The notes beneath the pieces were generated by a model that searched no databases, had not been told where the DNA came from, and saw nothing but the letters and a program-made list of their open reading frames with translations. Positions 7,932 to 15,291 of a stretch of 64,000 nucleotides of DNA are shown one piece after another (position 1 is the first letter of the stretch; each line of letters starts with the position of its first letter). This stretch comes from Cyclobacteriaceae bacterium (GTDB lineage: Bacteria; Bacteroidota; Bacteroidia; Cytophagales; Cyclobacteriaceae): assembly GCA_039961455.1 (NCBI GenBank), contig JBDVJN010000097.1, positions 1,049 to 65,048 on the forward strand. The letters are read 5' to 3'. The position numbers and the translations under genes were made by a program.

Positions 7932-10184
7932 TCAAAGATTCAGCCAATAGGTGATCTTAAATGTCAAGGCCCTGGTACGTGGCTGACCAATACTGAACCC
8001 GCCTTCATGATCCGCAAAATAATTATCCGTATACACCAGAAATATATCTGAGACCGGCTTGAACCTCCACTGGAACCGGGTATTAATATTCAGATTTTCG
8101 ATTTGACTATTGTACTGAATAAATGTGGTTAAAAACACCTTTTTTGAAAACGTAAAATCGAAGCGAGGGCCAATCAAATAAAGGGAGGTAGTAGTGTACG
8201 GTTCTGGCAAAATGATTCGATTAAACGCAAAGTCTATGGACGTAAAACCAAGAGGTTGATATCTATATCCCACAGAGCCCTCAAGATTAATCCGGTCTCC
8301 ATTAAAGTATTGACCGGATCGGGTGTTTAACCGATAAAAAAACTTCTTTCGTTGATCTGATTCATATCGTGCAATGAATTGATAATTGGTGTATTCTGTA
8401 TCTTCCGGGAGCTCCACTCCGTCTGTGCCACTCGGATCAAAAGAATTAAACAGGTAGGTATACTGCTTTCGGAGGCGCGTGAAAAAAGTGGCCGTATTTC
8501 TAAATGCAATCTCATACTGAAGATTAAAATCCCAGTCCAGGAAGCCAAAGGTGTCATTTCCAACCATGTCAAAATCTAATGCTGGTCCATGTCGTTGAAT
8601 ACTACCTCTCTTCGGAAACCACCGGTACTTGATCGTGGTTGCTAATTGCCTAATGTCATTTCTTCTGACAAAACCAACCTCCGGGTTATATTCTTCTCCA
8701 ACCAATTGGGAAAATACATCCAATGACCATTTTTGGATATCATAATTCAAAGTAAGCCCTGCCGCATATGGTGATGTCAGCGTTTCCGGCCCAAATGTTC
8801 GATGGTAGAATACTTTCCCGTTCCATACATTATTGATGCTTGCCAGGCGATATTCCACACCCAGGGTTCGGTTGAATTCATTCAAAGAAGCAGTGTCATA
8901 TTCACTTGAAGATTCAAATGTCTGCTTATTCACTGCGAACAGACTCACATTCGACCGACTAAAAACCTTCTGCTGCAAACTCACCATCGAATAGTTGTAA
9001 GTGGGCAGCCCGATGGAAGCGTCTCTTCCTGCCTGCATGGATAAAACTCCTAACCGTAAATCATCAGAAACTTTACCATTCAAACGCACACCAAAAGGAA
9101 TCTGATTTTGAACATTCTGACCTGTCAGCGTATCTATCGCTATTCCAATTCGTCTGGAAAAAAAGGGTCTGGTACTTCGTGTGCCAAAACCGGAAAACAG
9201 GTCTGCATTTTCAAGGAAAAATTGGCGTCTCTCGGGAAAGAAAATCTCAAATCGATCGAGATTTGTCACCTGCTGATCTACTTCCACCTGCGAAAAATCA
9301 GGATTTACGGTTAAGTCGAGATTTAATCCAGGGGTTATCGCATACTTTAGATCAAACCCAACAGATGGATCAAAATCTTCCTCTGTATTTTCTTCAAAAT
9401 CACGCTGCGTACTGCTGGCTGCATATGGTATCACTGAGATATTTCTTCCCGGCTTTTTGGTAGGAGTATCCCAAATTAATTCACGGTTGGTTGCCAGATT
9501 GAAAACAGGAAAAGTCCTTTTGATAGGTGCCCATGTACTTCTTTCCGCATATTCGCTATCCACTCGATAAAAGTTTACCAACCAGGAATCAGCATCTTCG
9601 CTGAAGCGCAGTGTTTTAAATGGAATAGCCATCTCAACCACCCAGTAGTCTTCATGCTGACGGGCTTCTGCATACCACTTGTTGTCCCAATCCATGCTAA
9701 AGCTGCCTCTACCCGACCCGCCATTCACAATGAGTGCTTCCCTCATTACACCATAAGGATTAACACCAAACAACACTCCATTCGTGCGATCTGAAAATGG
9801 ATCAAAAATGACAGAGAAACTGTCATTTGCAGCTCCGGCAAAATCCCGTCTCAGGGAAGGTGTGACATAGGACCGCGACCCGGACAAATTATGCATGATA
9901 CCAAGTACATAGATGTTGTTATCATCGTACAATATTTTGGCAATCGTTTGTGCCCGAGCAGGAAGCGAATCCGTTGGAAAATTCTGGGTAAAATTAAAGG
10001 CAGAATCAGCCGCCTGCCAGGCAGTCTCATCCGGTATCCCATCTATCGTTATGGCTTGTGGTGTTCGGCGAATCTCAATAGCCTGAGCTACAGCCTGAAT
10101 CGCCGTACAACAAAAAAGCATGGAAATTAGGAGTTGTTTCGGTCTCTTCATTCTTAGGCGCAAAAATAGCAGTTGGAACTTCAT
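7932..10184 (-). CDS. DUF5916 / carbohydrate-binding-family-9-like outer-membrane protein
   Basis: 750 aa with a signal peptide, then the IDGIPDETAWQAA..WDNKWYAEA..EDYWVVEMAIPFKTLRF pattern typical of CBM9-like/DUF5916 proteins. A long beta-rich C-terminus ends in an aromatic residue. Alternative start at 10151. Confidence 0.65.
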   Translation of the reverse strand: MKFQLLFLRLRMKRPKQLLISMLFCCTAIQAVAQAIEIRRTPQAITIDGIPDETAWQAADSAFNFTQNFPTDSLPARAQTIAKILYDDNNIYVLGIMHNLSGSRSYVTPSLRRDFAGAANDSFSVIFDPFSDRTNGVLFGVNPYGVMREALIVNGGSGRGSFSMDWDNKWYAEARQHEDYWVVEMAIPFKTLRFSEDADSWLVNFYRVDSEYAERSTWAPIKRTFPVFNLATNRELIWDTPTKKPGRNISVIPYAASSTQRDFEENTEEDFDPSVGFDLKYAITPGLNLDLTVNPDFSQVEVDQQVTNLDRFEIFFPERRQFFLENADLFSGFGTRSTRPFFSRRIGIAIDTLTGQNVQNQIPFGVRLNGKVSDDLRLGVLSMQAGRDASIGLPTYNYSMVSLQQKVFSRSNVSLFAVNKQTFESSSEYDTASLNEFNRTLGVEYRLASINNVWNGKVFYHRTFGPETLTSPYAAGLTLNYDIQKWSLDVFSQLVGEEYNPEVGFVRRNDIRQLATTIKYRWFPKRGSIQRHGPALDFDMVGNDTFGFLDWDFNLQYEIAFRNTATFFTRLRKQYTYLFNSFDPSGTDGVELPEDTEYTNYQFIARYESDQRKKFFYRLNTRSGQYFNGDRINLEGSVGYRYQPLGFTSIDFAFNRIILPEPYTTTSLYLIGPRFDFTFSKKVFLTTFIQYNSQIENLNINTRFQWRFKPVSDIFLVYTDNYFADHEGGFSIGQPRTRALTFKITYWLNL

Positions 10185-10440
10185 GTCCAGTTACCACGCA
10201 TACAAATTTGATGTAATCAAAAAAAGGTGGCCTGGCTTATCGGGCTGGTCGATTTACAATTCGATTCCTCTTCCAGCCAGCACCGGTCTGCGGCAAGGCG
10301 GCTTTGCAACACGCGCAATAACATATTTACTAGTTCGATTTAACGATCGTTTTTTCGGAATCCAATTTTGAATACGAAATCAATCTTTGGTCTCACTAAG
10401 TGGGTTCGAAAAACTAGTTCCATTAACAAGTCAAATAAAA

Positions 10441-10671
10441 CAACCCAACCTTCAACTATGATAACCTGACCTTCAACTGAGACTACCCAATCTTCAACTT
10501 AAACAACCCAGCCTTCAACTATGATAACCCAGCCTTCAACTAGAACTCCCCAATCCTCAACTGAGATTACCCAGCCTTCAACTATAACTCCTCAACCCTC
10601 AACTCAAACTACCCAGCTATCAACTATAACTCCCCAACCCTCAACTTAAACTACCCAGCTTTCAACTAAGG
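10441..10671. repeat. non-coding tandem repeat, 11 units of exactly 21 bp (consensus about CTACCCAGCCTTCAACTATAA)
   Basis: Hand-aligned units start at 10441, 10462, 10483 and so on up to 10651, with a partial 12th unit from 10672. The invariant core is TCAACT. Stops occur in all six frames. Confidence 0.95.
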
Positions 10672-10790
10672 AAACCCAATGAATAGCTGCGATTCCATGA
10701 CCATCTTCTGGCCATTTCCCGTTTTGCACAAATTTCTATATGTTTGTTTCGTCACTACTAATTAGATGTTTAACACAATAATTAGTAGCA

Positions 10791-11498
10791 ATGAGTACTG
10801 AAATTTATCGTAAGTACAACATTCCGGATGGGATCTTGCTCGCACACGTCGGCAAGGTCGCCGAAACTTTACCTAACGACCTTTCTACGTTCGAAGCGGG
10901 TTTTTCCATGATCAACCAATCTTTTCTGGACGGTCTAATAGCTGACCACGAGAACGCTCTGGAAGAAGGTGGTGATAATGTGTCCAAGGGACAAGTGGGA
11001 GAAAAGACACAGGCGTTGGTAGGAGAAATGGAAAAATCGCAAAAGATCATTAAACAATTGCGATTCTGGGTCAATGAGGCTTTTGGTGGAAATCCCGCCA
11101 AACGCAAGGCCTTCAACCTAACCAAATTTTGGAAGATCGCCTACAGTCAGTCGAAGCTGATCCAGTTTATGAACAGCTTGCAAACGATCGCGTCAGAAAA
11201 TGGTCAGCCGCTGTTGGATGCAGGTATGAACCCACAAATCCTGACGGATTTGGAAGACAACGCTGAAGCACTGGCAGAAGCAGACGCTGAACAGGAAAGT
11301 AGCAAGGGAGGCAGAAGTAGTGCAACTCAGGAGCGGATCATCTCACTCAACTTGCTGTTTGAGCGTAGTCAGAAACTTGACGCCATCGCCGACATCCTCT
11401 ACGAGGACAATCCAGCCAAGCGAGATTTCTACAGCATACCTGTGATTTCGCCAAAAGCTGAGGACCTGGAGGACGATGAAGAGGAACCTGAAGTGTAA
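10791..11498 (+). CDS. hypothetical all-helical acidic protein
   Basis: 235-aa ORF with ATG verified and a strong terminator right after it. The C-terminal tail is AEDLEDDEEEPEV. No family recognised. Confidence 0.6.
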   Translation: MSTEIYRKYNIPDGILLAHVGKVAETLPNDLSTFEAGFSMINQSFLDGLIADHENALEEGGDNVSKGQVGEKTQALVGEMEKSQKIIKQLRFWVNEAFGGNPAKRKAFNLTKFWKIAYSQSKLIQFMNSLQTIASENGQPLLDAGMNPQILTDLEDNAEALAEADAEQESSKGGRSSATQERIISLNLLFERSQKLDAIADILYEDNPAKRDFYSIPVISPKAEDLEDDEEEPEV

Positions 11499-11507
11499 AG
11501 AAAGAAA

Positions 11508-11530
11508 GGCGGCCAATGGTCGCCTTTTTT
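11508..11530 (+). terminator. rho-independent terminator
   Basis: GGCGGCC (11508-14), loop AAT, GGTCGCC (11518-24, one G-U pair), then TTTTTT (11525-30). Confidence 0.75.
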
Positions 11531-11757
11531 CATACATCAGACTACCTGGCACATCGAATATTATAATTTGCTGGTTCGAATTAACAAGATTTGATTTACT
11601 ATCTATTGAAAGTTTATTCGAACACCACTCGATTTGTGCTCTGGAATAGAAATACAGAATGGAGTTCAAGCAAACCACCGTTTTGCAAACTTCTCCCAGT
11701 CAAATGGACTTACCACCGTCTTCAAAAACGAATTAAGGCCAAGTAGCACCCCATGTG

Positions 11758-14397
11758 CTATTCTTCCTTGAGCCCTCTGGTTGGGTTTATAAGGCCTGCT
11801 CTCAATGATTCAAAACTAACCGTCACTAGAGAAATGACGGTGATGGTAATGCCTGCAATCAAATAGACATCCCAGGATATTCCTACAGCGTACTCAAAAT
11901 CTTCCAACCATCTACTCATGATCACCAATGAAAAAGGAATGGCAATAACCAAAGAAAGCACGATCATCTTCAGAAAATTGAAGGTAAGCAGGTTGAATAT
12001 GTTTTGAAGACTTGCACCAAATACCTTACGGATGCTGATCTCCTTACGGCGTTGTTCTACCATGAACGCTGATAGTCCAAATAAACCCAGACAGGCCACA
12101 ATAAGAGCCAAAACAGCAAAGGCTGCAAATACAATGGCTGCTCGAGTTACATTCTCATACATTATCTCGAATGAATCATCCAGGAATGTGTAGCGAATTG
12201 GCTGATTCGGCATTAAGTTGTCCCATTTTGCGGAGATGTCAGTAAGTGATTCTTTTAGATCTTCAGACTGAAGTTTGACAATCATTGCAGCGCCATTTGT
12301 TGTCGGACATAATGCCAATGGTTCTATTTCCATTTTCATTGACTCGAAATGAAAATCCTGAATCAATCCGATTACTGTCCAGGTGCCCAGATAATTCTCG
12401 ATACGAGCACCAATAGGTTCCTGCAAATTCAACTTGCTGGCCAATGCTTGATTAATGATGATGGAAGAGGAATCCTGAGCCATATCACCAAAATTTCTCC
12501 CTTCCAACAGGTTCATTCCCATCGTTTCTATATAATCCCCGTCAACGGTCCACCTCTGCGTCCCCACCTGCTTGTCCAGATCCTGTCTTCCTTCTAACCA
12601 AAACCCGTTGCCATCACGCTTCGTCCCAGATATGGGTATGAAATTGCTCAAGGAAGCGCTGCGAACGTTCGACAGGCTCTTCAGCTCATTCTTGAAAATA
12701 TCACTTTTCTCTCCCATCGTACTCACTCCCTGAATGACAACAACTTGTTCCCGGTCAAATCCGACGTCTTTGTTCAGAATAAAATCCAACTGCCGATAGA
12801 CGAGTAGCGCACTCACCATCAAGACAATGGATGCACTAAACTGAAAAACAACCATAACAGATCTGAGTCTTGAATTTTTACTACCCTGGCTCAGACTACT
12901 TTTGAGGACATCTACAGGCCGGAAGGCCGACAGATAAAACGAGGGATAAAGGCCTGAAAAAAATGTAATGAGCAAGATGAACCCCAAAACTCCTGGAATG
13001 AACCACCACGAGAGAAAAGGAATTGATAGAGATTTTTGAGCTACCTCGTTAAATGATGGTAGAAAAAGAGCAGCTAACGAGATCCCTATCGAAACGGAAA
13101 CAAAACAGATCAGAAAAGACTCGGTCAGAAACTGCTGTATAAGGTTTTTCCTTCGGGAGCCAAGTACTTTCCGTACTCCCACTTCTTTCGATCGATTTGC
13201 AGATTTGGCTGTAGAAAGGTTGATGAAATTGACGCAGGCCAGCAACAGTACTAAAGTTGCAATGGCTACAAAGAGCCAAACTATTTGAAGGTTTCCATGC
13301 TTTCCACTGTCATGGATATCATCGGATTTGAGATATATATCAGCGACGGGCTGCAGTATAAATGTATGATACTTTTTTGTGTCTTCTGCCTGGCTGGGGT
13401 TGTTTCTTTCCTGGTATTGGGCAACGTAATCCCGGATTGTGAGCAGCTGCTCTTCCAACTCTTCAGGGTTTGTTGTTGATTTAAGTCTAACATAAATATT
13501 GTAATTCCAGCAGCACCAATTTGTTTGTTCTCCCGGCCAAAATTCGTGTTGGTACAGACTAATTAAATAGTCGAAATCAATATGTGACTGAGAAGGAAAA
13601 TTTTTCATCACTCCTCCTACCACGTAAGGCTCCTCGAGGTTATCGTTCAGAATAATGGTTTGTCCCACCGGATCCTGATTCGGGAAATATTTTTGAGCCT
13701 TTCGCTCCGAAATCACTATGGATCTCGGTACTGAAAGAGCTTCCTCCTGATTTCCGTAAACCATCGGAATCTCGAGAATCGCCAACAGCTCGGGATCGGC
13801 GTATGCAAACCCTTCCTCATAGAAATTGGTTGGACTGCTCGAAGTTCGTAGCTGATTGTCACCCGATTGAAACCAGCCGCTTTGAGGTATTAATCGACCT
13901 ACCTTTTCTATCCCTGGGTAGTTCGAGCGAATAATCTCCGCGGCAGGGCCTGGAAATGATGTCCATTTTTCTTCTCCTTTGTAATCATTTGCAATTCGAT
14001 AAATCCTGTTTCCATTTTCATAATGCTTGTCGTAATTGAGCTCATCAAGAATAAAGAACGAGATTAGCGTGAATGCTGCAATGCCGATGGCGAAACCACC
14101 TACCTTGATTGTAGAAAACATTTTGTTTTTCTTTAGTGACCTCCAAGCCACTTTTAAGTAATTTCTTATCATAATTTGATTATCTAGTTTGGATGAAAAA
14201 CGTCTAATTGCAAAAGGTCGAAGGAATTTCAACGCATGCCATGCATACAGCTGGTTGGCTTTTTTGCGACCTAAGGTTGTGACCCATTCATCGTAAAATT
14301 CAAGTAAATCACCCTCGATCTCTTCGAACAGGTCATCCTTGCATACGACACGCAAAAGTTTGCTAATCCATTCGGGTGGATGTGGCCTCACATTCAT
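11758..14397 (-). CDS. MacB/FtsX-type permease with N-terminal cytoplasmic 'permease prefix' domain
   Basis: Prefix PPEWISKLLRVVCKDDLFEEIEGDLLEFY, pre-TM1 motif IRNYLKVAWRSLKKNK, and two FtsX 3-TM blocks with large loops. The start is taken at ATG 14397-14395, overlapping the PadR stop as ATGA. The ORF track opens at 14430. Confidence 0.85.
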   Translation of the reverse strand: MNVRPHPPEWISKLLRVVCKDDLFEEIEGDLLEFYDEWVTTLGRKKANQLYAWHALKFLRPFAIRRFSSKLDNQIMIRNYLKVAWRSLKKNKMFSTIKVGGFAIGIAAFTLISFFILDELNYDKHYENGNRIYRIANDYKGEEKWTSFPGPAAEIIRSNYPGIEKVGRLIPQSGWFQSGDNQLRTSSSPTNFYEEGFAYADPELLAILEIPMVYGNQEEALSVPRSIVISERKAQKYFPNQDPVGQTIILNDNLEEPYVVGGVMKNFPSQSHIDFDYLISLYQHEFWPGEQTNWCCWNYNIYVRLKSTTNPEELEEQLLTIRDYVAQYQERNNPSQAEDTKKYHTFILQPVADIYLKSDDIHDSGKHGNLQIVWLFVAIATLVLLLACVNFINLSTAKSANRSKEVGVRKVLGSRRKNLIQQFLTESFLICFVSVSIGISLAALFLPSFNEVAQKSLSIPFLSWWFIPGVLGFILLITFFSGLYPSFYLSAFRPVDVLKSSLSQGSKNSRLRSVMVVFQFSASIVLMVSALLVYRQLDFILNKDVGFDREQVVVIQGVSTMGEKSDIFKNELKSLSNVRSASLSNFIPISGTKRDGNGFWLEGRQDLDKQVGTQRWTVDGDYIETMGMNLLEGRNFGDMAQDSSSIIINQALASKLNLQEPIGARIENYLGTWTVIGLIQDFHFESMKMEIEPLALCPTTNGAAMIVKLQSEDLKESLTDISAKWDNLMPNQPIRYTFLDDSFEIMYENVTRAAIVFAAFAVLALIVACLGLFGLSAFMVEQRRKEISIRKVFGASLQNIFNLLTFNFLKMIVLSLVIAIPFSLVIMSRWLEDFEYAVGISWDVYLIAGITITVISLVTVSFESLRAGLINPTRGLKEE

Positions 14398-14723
14398 ATC
14401 GTAAGTGCATTCGGAGGTAATTGACTCCACAGAAGATTCCTAGCTTCCTGGATTTTTGTGAGCACCTGGCTACCAGAAGGCGTGACTTTAAAGTAGCGCT
14501 TTCGTCTCCCCCCTCGTTGAGCCGTTGCTCCCCCAAGGTGAGAAGTAACAAAACCCTTCTCCGCAAGTCTGTGTAGGGTCGCGTGAACAGCACTGACACT
14601 CATCTTACGGTCGAGTTGCTGATCTATCTCCTTTGTAATGGCTACTCCGTAAGCCTCTTCCTGTAGCATCACCACAATCAGAAGTACGACTTCTTCAAGT
14701 TCACCTATGTACACTTTTCTCAT
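14394..14723 (-). CDS. PadR-family transcriptional regulator
   Basis: 109 aa with winged-helix pattern GELEEVVLLIV..EEAYGVAITKEI..SVSAVHATLHRLAEKGFVTS..RRKRYFKVTPSG. Confidence 0.9.
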   Translation of the reverse strand: MRKVYIGELEEVVLLIVVMLQEEAYGVAITKEIDQQLDRKMSVSAVHATLHRLAEKGFVTSHLGGATAQRGGRRKRYFKVTPSGSQVLTKIQEARNLLWSQLPPNALTI

Positions 14724-14893
14724 TTCGAATTATTAGTTCAAATTATGTAGAACAAATAGTTTGCCAAAAAGGTAAGTTGCTGATTAGTTGAGATTTACGA
14801 AAATTTTAAGACTATCAGGTGTTCGGAGTTGCACACAAAATTGTACAGGAACGATCTCCAAGTAAAAGAAATTCTTAAAGATACTATTACATC

Positions 14894-14952
14894 GGCAAAA
14901 CCGAAACTAATTTATTTCGTATATATATTAGTTTGGCAAAATCGAAACTAAT
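14894..14952 (+). promoter_or_regulatory. direct and inverted repeats in the divergent PadR-PadR control region
   Basis: GGCAAAACCGAAACTAAT (14894-14911) and GGCAAAATCGAAACTAAT (14935-14952) match at 17 of 18 positions, and the second abuts the ATG at 14953. There is also an inverted pair, AAACTAAT (14904-11) and ATTAGTTT (14927-34). Confidence 0.4.
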
Positions 14953-15291
14953 ATGAAAGGGACATCACTGGGAGAATTTGAAGAGCTCTGTTTGCTAGCT
15001 GTTGGAATCTTGCAAGAAGATGCGTACGGCGTGTCTGTAAAAGAACAAGTAGAAAAACATACCGGACGTAAATCCACCCTTAGCACGATTCACTCTACCT
15101 TGATCCGTCTTGAGAAAAAGGGATTTCTGGAATCCAGGATGGGCGGGGCTACTGAGTTACGGGGTGGGCGAACAAAGCGAATTTTCCAGATTACCTCGCT
15201 TGGAAAAAAGTCTATGAATGAAGCTCGTGAACTGCGCAGTAAAATGTGGGATCATATCCCGGAAATTTTGTGGGAGGGAGGAGCCGTATGA
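14953..15291 (+). CDS. PadR-family transcriptional regulator
   Basis: 112 aa: GEFEELCLLAVGILQEDAYGVSVKEQV..LSTIHSTLIRLEKKGFLES..RTKRIFQITSLG. Confidence 0.9.
   Translation: MKGTSLGEFEELCLLAVGILQEDAYGVSVKEQVEKHTGRKSTLSTIHSTLIRLEKKGFLESRMGGATELRGGRTKRIFQITSLGKKSMNEARELRSKMWDHIPEILWEGGAV

Noticed and set aside
10226-10315. GC-rich patch with nested complementarity (GGCTGG at 10243-48 pairing with CCAGCC at 10274-79) in an otherwise AT-rich spacer; possible structured RNA
   Set aside because: The stems are short, I recognise no RNA motif and there is no terminator. Without covariation data I cannot tell it apart from an ordinary 5' UTR or promoter of the DUF5916 gene.
10441-10671. Possible CRISPR array
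   Set aside because: The units are contiguous 21-bp repeats with no unique spacers between them. There is no palindromic repeat core and no cas genes in the window. This is a minisatellite-type tandem repeat, not CRISPR.
14398-14430. Upstream extensions of ORF-track starts, for example permease 14430, SDR 2227, photolyase 4429, mdh 56081, ppk1 56-style 54856, USP 31848, Zn-ribbon 38444 and GreA-like 39729
   Set aside because: Several track starts are TTG or GTG codons or add non-homologous leader residues. Internal ATGs give N-termini that match the family pattern or produce ATGA coupling. The preferred starts are given in the features list.
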